Shown: one piece after another, positions 27,265 to 36,473 of the stretch
Numbering within the stretch: the stretch's first letter is position 1
Layout: every line of letters begins with the position of its first letter
From: a virus
Reading direction: 5' to 3' (one strand)
DNA length: 64,000 bases
Virus record (IMG/VR): IMGVR_UViG_3300036766_000359
Coordinates: 32,001-96,000 of that record
Position numbers and translations under genes: made by a program
Notes under the pieces: generated by a model
The model's database searches: none
Told to the model about the DNA's origin: nothing
The model's input: only the letters and a program-made list of their open reading frames with translations

Positions 27265-29226
27265 CTAACAAACTCCACCAGGGATAAAGAAATCAGGTCC
27301 CTTTGACCTTACTCCCCCAAAGTCAACGGATAACTCACTTGAGAGCTCATACTTCTCAACGGGGTTCTCAACAGCAATACGTGGCTGGATTACAGGCAGT
27401 TTCCGGGAAGCAGCGACGTGCTCCCGAACTTGCGCAGGAACCTGCCTGATAATGCCTTTTGCGTACTTGGAACACCATCCCGGTGCCGTCTGAAGGGTGC
27501 ACCCGGTACATTGACCAGCTGCGAGAACGTACGGGGCTCCTTGCTTACGGAAGTGCTTCGCTCCGCTTGTACAACCCTTACCATAGTCATGGTATGCAGT
27601 AGGGTCAATGAAATAGGTACCCTGGATACCATCATCTAAAGAGGCCCGACGACCAATCTCAGGAACCTGGCGAAGGTCATCCGTCGAATAACGGTTGAGG
27701 AGTGACTCTTGAAGAGAGCGGCCGGAAAGACCGGTATTCATCATATGAGATAACGTCTTGCGAACTTCTTCTGGATCCATATCAGAAGCGACGTTCACAT
27801 CACTACGACCAGGATCCCCGTAATGAGCAGAGGAGCGCGAACCACCGTATTCAGTCGGTTTGGTAGAAACTGGAGACTCGTAAAGGTTAGCTTGAGAAAC
27901 AAGCTTCACCCAAGAAGAATTCTCAGAAACACCAGCAAGGGCCAAAGATGCCTGGTCAGAAGCAACCCGACCTTGAGCGACAGCCCTTCCGATAGCTAGT
28001 TCAAAAGCTTCTCGCCCGACATCTGACTTCGAAGCCATGATACTACAACAAGACCTGATTGCAGCACAAGCACCGTCAGAGGCACCGTTGCAAATGGAAC
28101 AAGATGCAGAACGACGAACAGCGTAATCGGGAGAAAACCCACGTTTATTTATCAAGGACAAAGTATTGCGACATCCACCAAGAGCGTCAATGTCGAAATA
28201 CGTATGACCAAGAATGCCATATTCGCTTGCAAGCGCACGAAGACTCGGGTCCGTTGATGCCACCAAAGCATTACGGTCATCAGCACCTTGCATCATTCGA
28301 CGAGCGTACTTAACCCAAGACGAGGAAGGAGCACTATCACGTTTCGGGGCCTGAACAGAATTCGCAGCGATGAAACTAGACACATCATCACTGGTAATGC
28401 GCTGTTTCGTGGCAGCAGGCTGATAATGAGAAGTCTGAGTCTCACTATCTCGAAGAGCTATCGGAGACTTCAAGAAAGCAGACCGAAGACGATCTTTCCA
28501 CTCACGACCAGAAATTGTGCTACCGTCTACAGATAAAGGTCGTTTTTCTGCAGCCAACCGAGGGGCATAATGGGAGGCAACACTCGCACTCCATGGAACT
28601 TCACTAACAACCTTTTTACCACCGAAGGTTGAGCATGTTCCGGTGTTATGACAGTTACATCCATTTCTACCGCCACACCCTCCGATAACGAAGATTGCAT
28701 TTTTCCCGAAAGTCGTAGCGTATTTACGTTCTTTCGGGTCGCGGTGAGCATTCGGGAAATGACTAGCGTCAATATAAACGTTTCCAAGGACGCCGCGCTC
28801 GAGCATGACTTCACGGATGGCATCCGAAGCAAATCTAATATCCGCTGGAGCGAATTCAAGACGGACTCGTTTTTCGATGTCTGAAGAAGAAAGACCAGCC
28901 ATTACGAGTTTGGCAACACGATTTCGAATCGGAACAGTTTGGTCCGCGTCAGATATCTTCGGCGTAATCGGGTTCTGGTTTACGATCGTGTGCGGTCGCA
29001 ACGGGATGACATGGGGTACCCCGTCATCCTTTGGGTCAACAACAAGAGCTTTTTGGAGCTCGGGAATTATGTCCAGATTCTGACGTGGCAACGCTTCAAG
29101 AGATCTATACTCTTCTTCATCAACTGACAGCCAAGAAAGATCAGAAATCCCCTGATTGTGAATCAGTGTCGAAATGTCACCAAGACCACGCTCGGTATAA
29201 GTATCTTTTTTATCTGCCATCACCAA
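27265..29226 (-). CDS. Hypothetical protein with three internal Cys-rich repeats
   Basis: Three G(VI)(LQ)Gx(x)(YF)(IF)D-type motifs each followed by a Cys cluster. Confidence 0.75.
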   Translation of the reverse strand: MVMADKKDTYTERGLGDISTLIHNQGISDLSWLSVDEEEYRSLEALPRQNLDIIPELQKALVVDPKDDGVPHVIPLRPHTIVNQNPITPKISDADQTVPIRNRVAKLVMAGLSSSDIEKRVRLEFAPADIRFASDAIREVMLERGVLGNVYIDASHFPNAHRDPKERKYATTFGKNAIFVIGGCGGRNGCNCHNTGTCSTFGGKKVVSEVPWSASVASHYAPRLAAEKRPLSVDGSTISGREWKDRLRSAFLKSPIALRDSETQTSHYQPAATKQRITSDDVSSFIAANSVQAPKRDSAPSSSWVKYARRMMQGADDRNALVASTDPSLRALASEYGILGHTYFDIDALGGCRNTLSLINKRGFSPDYAVRRSASCSICNGASDGACAAIRSCCSIMASKSDVGREAFELAIGRAVAQGRVASDQASLALAGVSENSSWVKLVSQANLYESPVSTKPTEYGGSRSSAHYGDPGRSDVNVASDMDPEEVRKTLSHMMNTGLSGRSLQESLLNRYSTDDLRQVPEIGRRASLDDGIQGTYFIDPTAYHDYGKGCTSGAKHFRKQGAPYVLAAGQCTGCTLQTAPGWCSKYAKGIIRQVPAQVREHVAASRKLPVIQPRIAVENPVEKYELSSELSVDFGGVRSKGPDFFIPGGVC

Positions 29227-29632
29227 CCTCTAACATTTTCAAATCCGCAATTACGCTCGAAAGGCTCGCAACGCAGTGTTTAAGTTTAGAAGATGTTTCG
29301 GGGATGGTAGCACTCGTCTCCAATTTGATAAGCTCACCAAGAATTGAAGATATGGATACCATACCATCCGAGGCCGTCTTAGCAATGGGAAATTCGTCAA
29401 GAACATCTTTCACGAATACCGAGTGGCGAAGTTTTAGGCACCGGATAATATCCGATGCTAAAAATTGTGGTTGATTAAGATTTGACAAGAACGCCATAAC
29501 ATGTCGTCGAGTTAATTCCTTCTTCCCAAACTTCTTCATGAAGTCTTGGGTTAAATCTGATACTAATAGTATATTAGTTGCTCGACGTTTTTCCATATGA
29601 TCAGTCTCCATCACAAAGTTATTAACTAACAA
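29210..29632 (-). CDS. Hypothetical protein
   Basis: 140 aa ORF overlapping both neighbours; KTAS motif. Confidence 0.6.
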   Translation of the reverse strand: MLVNNFVMETDHMEKRRATNILLVSDLTQDFMKKFGKKELTRRHVMAFLSNLNQPQFLASDIIRCLKLRHSVFVKDVLDEFPIAKTASDGMVSISSILGELIKLETSATIPETSSKLKHCVASLSSVIADLKMLEVGDGR

Positions 29633-32498
29633 GATGAATATTACTCAATAAATCGAGCGCGGATGAAATCCGGTCAGAAAATGTGGTAGCTAGATTCAAA
29701 CGTTTTTTTGCTGCTTCACGAGCATACCAAAAACTATCATTAACTAGTTTAGTCAAGACCTCTTGAGACGTACTCGGATTCCCGGCCACATTAGTGCGAA
29801 CTATGTCATTTTCATCTTCGGATAATTTAGTCAAGATCTTTTGAGACGTATTTGGATTCTTGGCTAAACTCTGACGAACAGCATAACTCTCGTCATTAGC
29901 TAGTTTATTCAAAATTTCTACAGGCGTATTCGGATTCCCGGCCACACCCTCACGAACACGATTACTTTCATCGTCAGATAACTTAATCAACACCTCTGGT
30001 GGTGCATGCTTTACATAAGCTATACTCGAACGAATATCATTATCCCAATGATTATTACCATTATTATTATTAGCTAACTCAATCAACACTTCTGGAGGCG
30101 TATTCGGATTTTCAATTACAAGAACACGTTGACCCGTTTCATAACTAGCTAGTTCACTTAATATTTCTGGTGATGTCTTTGGACTCTTGGCTAAGTATTT
30201 AAAAATTTTGCCATCTTTCTTAGCCATTTTTTTCAAGATATCTTGAGACATATTCGGATTACTGATCGCACCATCACGAACCTCCCAACGTTCATCATTA
30301 ACTAACTTAGCCAAGGTTTCTGGGGGCGTTCTATGATTATAAGAAATACCCTGACGAACAGTATAGAATTTGTCATCATGTAGTTTAGTCAAGATTTTTA
30401 GATTAACATTTGGATTCCTGACTACGTACGAACGAACCTCCCAGTGTTCATCATCAGATAGTTTATCTAGTGTCTCTGATGACGTCATCGGATTATTGGC
30501 TACACCTGAACGAACAATGTAATCCCGATCGTTAGCTAATTTATCCAAAGTATCCGCAGGTAATTTTGAATTCTTTGATAAGGAAAAACGAATCCTTGAA
30601 TCCTCATCGTTAGCTAGTTTAACAAGTGCTTCTGGAGGCGCACTAGAATTATTAGACACATAACTACGGACGCCATAATTTGCATCATCAGATAACTTAG
30701 TCAACACCTCTGGAGGTGTATTACGATTCTTAGCAATCTCAAAACGAATTGAAATATTTTCATCGTCAGATAATATTACTAAAACTTCCACTGGAACGTT
30801 ACGATTCTTTAACAAAAACAAACGAACTACATAATCAACGTCATTAGATAACTTAATCAACACCTCTGGAGGTGTGTTAGGATTCTTGGCTATGTTCTGA
30901 CGAACAGGGTTATTTTCGTCATTAGATAACTTAGTCAACACTTCTGGAGGTGCATTCTCATTACCGGATATTTCCTTACGAACACGTATATTCGAGTTAT
31001 TAGATAACCCATCAAAGAATTCAGGAGGAGCATAACTTATACCTCTTCCTGACTGTAAACCATTTTTCTCAATCCACTTCCATACATACAAACGATATTT
31101 TTTCGATGGTTCTGAGTTCTTCTTTCCTTTTACTTGTTCAATTTCGCCATCATCGGTAAGTTCGATTGTTATATGTGGTTTGTTATCGGAGTCACGAAGG
31201 CTGAATATCTTGGTGCCATTTTCAACTTGATCTTTGTATGAACCAACGCAATGACCCATTAAAGTACCTTCAGCGTCTAGGTCCTCTACGGGAACGAGAA
31301 CCATCGTGTATCCATCACCAAAGTCATAGTCTACATCATTTGTTTTGTAAGAAACACTTTCATCCGATTCAACAAAACTTTCATGCCATTCGTCTGATAA
31401 CTCTTTAGCTTCTTCAAAATCGAGTTTTTCAAGATCTGGTTCTTGATCTCTAATCCAATCAGATATGTTGGTTAACTCTTCCGATTCTGGAGGTTCTAAA
31501 CCATTCTCGATTTTGGTCGCTAACCACTTAGCAGTGTTTTTTTCTTTAATCTTATAATCTTCAATGATTTGAATAGTTTCAGCACTAAATAGTGGCCCAG
31601 ATTTTGCCAATTCTTGCAAACGTTCATAGTATGAACGAGCATCTTCTGATTTGTCTCGTTTATTTGTCTTCTGAAGTTTTTTTAAATTTAGATCAACCAA
31701 ATAATCTAAACTATTAGCAAGATGAATGTTATCAAGTATATCGAGCACGGACGAAATTCGATCAGAAAATGCCAAATAATCCGTTGATACGACAATACTA
31801 CCACCATCTTGAAGGTCACTTCTATCATAGTCAACATTCTCAAGAAAATCTTCGGATGGGTGACCACTCGGTCCAGATATGTCCTCTGTTTCATGACCAG
31901 ACCAGAAATTGCCGAGAGAATTCAAGAAGTTATCCATCGTGACTTCGTTCTTCGTGACTCCGGGAAGGCTGTCCGACTCTTCAGAAGAATATGAACCGGA
32001 GTCTTCGTCTGCCCATTCATCGCCAGAATAACCCATCTTCATGTGATCGTAGTAGTCAGAACGTGAAGAAGGGTTTTCATGGTCATCAGGCAACTCTGCA
32101 GTTTCAGCAACTGTCGGAATAACTGAGTCAATGTTATCCGTTTTAGGATGACGATGTGTTGTTTCGGCGTCTTGATCACCCGGAAGAAGGCAAGAACTAT
32201 CACGCAATTGATTAACAAGTTCCGTCGAATACGCAACGGCAGTGATAACACGACCATCTTGCGTAATAACACGACGATTAGACGAGAAAGACTGAGGATA
32301 ACTCAGAAGACGGTCCGGACCGAAAGGATCAGTCCCGTGAGTTCCGGGTAAAGCATCGCCATGTGGCGAATTCTCTGACTTCGGATCCTCGTCGTCTTCA
32401 CCACGCGACGTTATACCGTTATCAGAGTCGTAGGTCCCAACGCCAAACTCGTTAACCGCTTTTCCGAGAGCGTTCTCTGTAGGAAGAGATGAAGGCAT
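29622..32498 (-). CDS. PcfJ-like domain protein with about 19 LRV-type repeats and an acidic N-terminus
   Basis: EGTLMGHCVGSY..IFSLRD..KPHITIE..QVKGKKN PcfJ-like signature; NPNTPPEVLxKL repeats. Confidence 0.85.
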   Translation of the reverse strand: MPSSLPTENALGKAVNEFGVGTYDSDNGITSRGEDDEDPKSENSPHGDALPGTHGTDPFGPDRLLSYPQSFSSNRRVITQDGRVITAVAYSTELVNQLRDSSCLLPGDQDAETTHRHPKTDNIDSVIPTVAETAELPDDHENPSSRSDYYDHMKMGYSGDEWADEDSGSYSSEESDSLPGVTKNEVTMDNFLNSLGNFWSGHETEDISGPSGHPSEDFLENVDYDRSDLQDGGSIVVSTDYLAFSDRISSVLDILDNIHLANSLDYLVDLNLKKLQKTNKRDKSEDARSYYERLQELAKSGPLFSAETIQIIEDYKIKEKNTAKWLATKIENGLEPPESEELTNISDWIRDQEPDLEKLDFEEAKELSDEWHESFVESDESVSYKTNDVDYDFGDGYTMVLVPVEDLDAEGTLMGHCVGSYKDQVENGTKIFSLRDSDNKPHITIELTDDGEIEQVKGKKNSEPSKKYRLYVWKWIEKNGLQSGRGISYAPPEFFDGLSNNSNIRVRKEISGNENAPPEVLTKLSNDENNPVRQNIAKNPNTPPEVLIKLSNDVDYVVRLFLLKNRNVPVEVLVILSDDENISIRFEIAKNRNTPPEVLTKLSDDANYGVRSYVSNNSSAPPEALVKLANDEDSRIRFSLSKNSKLPADTLDKLANDRDYIVRSGVANNPMTSSETLDKLSDDEHWEVRSYVVRNPNVNLKILTKLHDDKFYTVRQGISYNHRTPPETLAKLVNDERWEVRDGAISNPNMSQDILKKMAKKDGKIFKYLAKSPKTSPEILSELASYETGQRVLVIENPNTPPEVLIELANNNNGNNHWDNDIRSSIAYVKHAPPEVLIKLSDDESNRVREGVAGNPNTPVEILNKLANDESYAVRQSLAKNPNTSQKILTKLSEDENDIVRTNVAGNPSTSQEVLTKLVNDSFWYAREAAKKRLNLATTFSDRISSALDLLSNIHLVS

Positions 32499-34529
32499 TT
32501 AAAATTTTACGTCCCAAAGTCTTTTCGGGTTAATTCTTCTTTTCGGAGCCTTGATCCCAGGTGGCAATTCGGGGGCCGCATTCTGGCGCATCCAATCAAC
32601 TTCTGAGTCAGACAGGCCAAGTTCGTAGTAGTTTAAATTTCTCTCGTTCAATGAACCGGGAAGCCATGAGTAATTATCTTTAATCGGAATTGATGCTACA
32701 CGTGCCGAAACTCGAAGAATACTTAGACTCTTTCCGGCGTAACTACCAGTTTTGAAAACTGTCTGATCACCATCTGTTGGATTATCATCTCCAGTGACGC
32801 CATCCATCACCCAGTCTTCATAGATTGGATTCGACATGTTAGTCCCACTAGAAAGATCTTCCCCAGCAGGATCATCAGACCCAAATGAGTCTCCATAACC
32901 ACCACTCTCAGTGCCAGATTGACCTGGACCGATGTGTTCTACACGTGGTCCAGGGAGAGTAGATACCGGGAGAGAAGAATCTGAAACACGACGAATCTTA
33001 TTCAATTCCGATTTCATAATAACACGACGATCAGACGATGCTATTGTGTTAGATTCCAAACGTTTTCTTGCTTTATCACGAACCTGTTCATCCGTGTCAT
33101 CGGATAACTTGGTCAAGATTTCAAGAGGTGTATTAGGGTTCTTGGCCACACAATAACGAACACCCCTGTCCGCATCACCGGATAACTTGGTCAAAGTTTC
33201 GGGAGGTGTACTAGGGTTCTGGGCCACACAATAACGAACACCCCTGTCCGCATCACCGGATAATTTGGCTAAGATTTCAGGAGGCGTATTATGGTTGTTG
33301 GCTACACCCTGACGAGTAAAGTTACTCGGATCACTGGATAACTTGGTTAAGGTTTCGGGAGGCGTATTTGAGCCCCTGGCAACACTCGAACGAACATCCG
33401 AATCCGCGTCACCAGACAATCGGGTTAAGGTTTCAAGAGGCGTATTGGAGTTCCTGGCCACACATTCACGAACCCATCCATTCGTGTCACCAGATAATTT
33501 GGTTAAGGTTTCGGGAGGAGTGTTTGGGTTAAGAGCCACCTGCTGAAGAACATCATTGTCCGTGTCACGCTTTGCGGAAGTCCCCGGCAAAACGCAGTCG
33601 GCAAGTTTGGTTAATATTTCGGGAGAAGTGTTAGGGTTCTTGGCAACATCCGAACGAATTTCTGGATCCGCATCTCGAGAGAGTTCTTCTAAATATTCTA
33701 GTGGCGCATACGAAATTACGCCTCTATATATGTTTTTAGATGTTGCCCACTCCCATACATATGGACGATATTTCGAAATGGGTTCTACATTCTGTTTACC
33801 CCGAGCCTGTTTTATTCTGTCATCAATAACTTCAATAGTTACATGAGGTTTGTTGTTAGAGTCGCGAAGACTATAAATTTTAGTACCTTTTTCAACTTTA
33901 TTTTTATATGATCCGACGCAATGTTGCATCAGACTACCTTCTACGTCTAGATCCTCAACGGGCACGGATACCATCGTAAAACCATCACCGAAGTCATGGT
34001 CTACATTCTTTGTCTTATATTTACCCGTCTGATCTGTAGAATTGAATCCTTCGTGCCATTCATCTGAAGCCTCGATGGCTTCTTCAAAACCGATTTTTGT
34101 AAGATTAGGTTCTTGATCCTGGATCCAGTCAAACAAATTACTAAGTTCATCCTCAGTAGGAGGATTAATACTGTCATCTTCAATTTGTGTTGCTAACCAT
34201 TTAGCAGTATTTTTATCAATTTTAACTCGATAATTTTTAATTACGAGAAGTGTAGCGTTACTAAATATGGGTCCTTGTTTTGATTGTTCTTGAAGACGCT
34301 CATAAAATTCACGAGAGTCTTCCGATTTATCTCGTTTATTTGTTTTCTGAAGTTGTTTTAAATTTAAACTAATCAAATAATCATATACGTTGTCAGCAGC
34401 AACATGAATGTTGTCCAACATCTTAAGTGCATAAGAAATACGTGAAGAAAAATCAGAAAAACGACGAATCTTATTCAATTCCGAAATAACGGTATTGATA
34501 CGATCAGAAAAATCAATAGGATCTCTCAT
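32499..34529 (-). CDS. Paralogous PcfJ-like domain protein with about 8 LRV-type repeats and an acidic C-terminus
   Basis: EGSLMQHCVGSY..IYSLRD..KPHVTIE..QARGKQN; NPSTPPETLTKLSGD repeats. Confidence 0.85.
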   Translation of the reverse strand: MRDPIDFSDRINTVISELNKIRRFSDFSSRISYALKMLDNIHVAADNVYDYLISLNLKQLQKTNKRDKSEDSREFYERLQEQSKQGPIFSNATLLVIKNYRVKIDKNTAKWLATQIEDDSINPPTEDELSNLFDWIQDQEPNLTKIGFEEAIEASDEWHEGFNSTDQTGKYKTKNVDHDFGDGFTMVSVPVEDLDVEGSLMQHCVGSYKNKVEKGTKIYSLRDSNNKPHVTIEVIDDRIKQARGKQNVEPISKYRPYVWEWATSKNIYRGVISYAPLEYLEELSRDADPEIRSDVAKNPNTSPEILTKLADCVLPGTSAKRDTDNDVLQQVALNPNTPPETLTKLSGDTNGWVRECVARNSNTPLETLTRLSGDADSDVRSSVARGSNTPPETLTKLSSDPSNFTRQGVANNHNTPPEILAKLSGDADRGVRYCVAQNPSTPPETLTKLSGDADRGVRYCVAKNPNTPLEILTKLSDDTDEQVRDKARKRLESNTIASSDRRVIMKSELNKIRRVSDSSLPVSTLPGPRVEHIGPGQSGTESGGYGDSFGSDDPAGEDLSSGTNMSNPIYEDWVMDGVTGDDNPTDGDQTVFKTGSYAGKSLSILRVSARVASIPIKDNYSWLPGSLNERNLNYYELGLSDSEVDWMRQNAAPELPPGIKAPKRRINPKRLWDVKF
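32988..34484. repeat. 24-bp perfect direct repeat at 32988-33011 and 34461-34484 bracketing the PcfJ+LRV cassette
   Basis: acgacgaatcttattcaattccga read at both positions; encodes SELNKIRR. Confidence 0.9.
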
Positions 34530-34547
34530 AACAAGTCATACCGGTGA

Positions 34548-35240
34548 TCAGTATCCGTCTTCGTCGTCTTCGTCGTCTTCTTCTTCGATCTCATCCTCGT
34601 CAGGAACGAAACCTTCATCAAAATCATCAGGAGAAGGATTAGTTATCGGTTCATCTTCATCCGAATCTTCATACGAATCGAAAGGTCCGGAATCGAAAGG
34701 CTGTTGATCATCAGAAAATTCGTTATCAACAAATTCTTCCGGATTAGATTTCACTTTCTCCACATCACTAACAATTTCAGAAACTTGTTCATCGGATGAC
34801 TGTTTCCAGTGTTCCGCGTTAATTTCATCTTGAATCGTATCAGTGAAACTTGATAAAGTTTCAACCGATGCAGCAAGAGACTGTCTCATGTCTTTAACGG
34901 ATTGAATATAACCACGTCCACCAAGAAGACCATCGGGAGAAAACCCCGATGATGGCATCTTGCTAAATAGACGATAAGACGCGATGGCATAACTATGTGC
35001 TCTCTGAGCGGACCATAGGATTTTTGCCAGATTCTTAAGATTTCCCGACGTCCACTTAAACCCATCAGTACGAACATCGCGTCTTACTGGTCCTGAATCC
35101 TTAACGAATTCAATTTTTCCGCTCGTCCTGAGATTATGCGACGGAATAGCTCTCAAGCCAGCAATCCTAAGAGCTACACTATGGAGAGTTGGTTCGTCCA
35201 TAACATCTAGTTTAGACGATATTTTTGACCGTTTAGTCAT
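34548..35240 (-). CDS. Hypothetical protein with acidic tail
   Basis: 230 aa ORF; VALRIAG and LRTSGK motifs. Confidence 0.7.
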   Translation of the reverse strand: MTKRSKISSKLDVMDEPTLHSVALRIAGLRAIPSHNLRTSGKIEFVKDSGPVRRDVRTDGFKWTSGNLKNLAKILWSAQRAHSYAIASYRLFSKMPSSGFSPDGLLGGRGYIQSVKDMRQSLAASVETLSSFTDTIQDEINAEHWKQSSDEQVSEIVSDVEKVKSNPEEFVDNEFSDDQQPFDSGPFDSYEDSDEDEPITNPSPDDFDEGFVPDEDEIEEEDDEDDEDGY

Positions 35241-35244
35241 TGAC

Positions 35245-35508
35245 TCATGTTCCTAAAACGGGGCCATCACTGTCATCAACAAGACGTTCGATATAGTATC
35301 CCTCATTATCCTGACCTAGTTTCCACATGTCTTGCTGAGAAACTCTAACAAGTTTGTCTCCAGCAATAATTTGGAAGCCGGAAAGTTGAACAAGGCTTGA
35401 CAAACGGGTCTTCCCGATAGAAGCCGTCTTCAAGATAGGAGGGGTACCGAAGAAATCATCTATGGAACTAGATGAAAATCTAAGGTTCTCAATATTGAAC
35501 ATAGACAT
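35245..35508 (-). CDS. Small hypothetical protein
   Basis: 87 aa ORF with LKTAS motif and GAGG ribosome-binding site. Confidence 0.65.
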   Translation of the reverse strand: MSMFNIENLRFSSSSIDDFFGTPPILKTASIGKTRLSSLVQLSGFQIIAGDKLVRVSQQDMWKLGQDNEGYYIERLVDDSDGPVLGT

Positions 35509-35544
35509 ATCTATAAGACCTCGATTTTAAACTCAATGAAGGGC

Positions 35545-36450
35545 CTATGGAGACACTATAATGCTAACGACAACGGTCTGGTTACCGTTAGAAGCATTTG
35601 GGGAAGAAATGAGGATGGTTTCAGTATAAGTCCCTGGTGTGGTGGGTACCCCAGGACTTAAAACAGAAAAAGTGACCGGTGAAAACGCCGCAGATGCGAG
35701 AGGACCAACGGACGCTGGAACGAATTGAAGCCACGGGCTCCGATTTTGAACCTTCGCCAAAGTGGCATTTAGGATAGATCCGGCCGGACCAGAGTTCGAA
35801 ACAATGACTTGTTGAGAACCTCCGGAAGTGGCAAGGTTGAGGGAATATGTAAGAACGACTTGTGTTACGTTCGTTGCAATGGCAGGTCTCGGAAGAACTA
35901 TAACGCCAAAATTGAGCGTTATAACCGTAGCCGGTTGACGGTTGTCTTGGAGAACGACGCTTCCGGAATACGGAGATCCTGTTGATAACAAAATCGATGG
36001 GACGACTTTGATAGCAAACTGACCTTGTTCATTTTTGTTAAGACCGGAAACGATCGTCGGACCGACTTGAAGCCATGGAGCGCTCGGAGTAGCCGTAGCG
36101 GTAAGGAAAGAACCGAAAGCTCCGGCATTCTGGAAAACGACTGTGGAAATGAAGGAGGATGGGTCTCCTTCAGTGACCGTAACGTTAACTGGGTTGGGGG
36201 AGGATATTAGAGCCAACAGAGGTGCAAGCTGTTGTTGGACCTGCTGAAGGGTGTCGGCCATGGCCAAAACAACTTCTCCGGGTAGTGGAAGCTCCACGTC
36301 AGAGAAACGCCCGAACGGAGACATTATATCAATAACTCTGTAAACTTGATTGGCACCCTGAATGTTATTCGCATGGACGGTCCAGTACCATTTACCCCCG
36401 ACAGAGTCAAGGTCAAATGAAAATCCGCCCGCTGAAACGCTTGTAGCCAT
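35545..36450 (-). CDS. Ig-like/BACON-type beta-sandwich virion protein
   Basis: Two repeats with PWLQV/PWLQF and G.Y...I.I motifs; Ser/Thr/Val/Pro rich. Confidence 0.6.
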   Translation of the reverse strand: MATSVSAGGFSFDLDSVGGKWYWTVHANNIQGANQVYRVIDIMSPFGRFSDVELPLPGEVVLAMADTLQQVQQQLAPLLALISSPNPVNVTVTEGDPSSFISTVVFQNAGAFGSFLTATATPSAPWLQVGPTIVSGLNKNEQGQFAIKVVPSILLSTGSPYSGSVVLQDNRQPATVITLNFGVIVLPRPAIATNVTQVVLTYSLNLATSGGSQQVIVSNSGPAGSILNATLAKVQNRSPWLQFVPASVGPLASAAFSPVTFSVLSPGVPTTPGTYTETILISSPNASNGNQTVVVSIIVSP

Positions 36451-36473
36451 AATCTATGATGTCGAAAAGAAGC

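Noticed and set aside
29700-33700. Regularly spaced 72-nt repeats that could suggest a CRISPR array
   Set aside because: They are degenerate in-frame LRV protein repeats with no unique spacers and no cas operon
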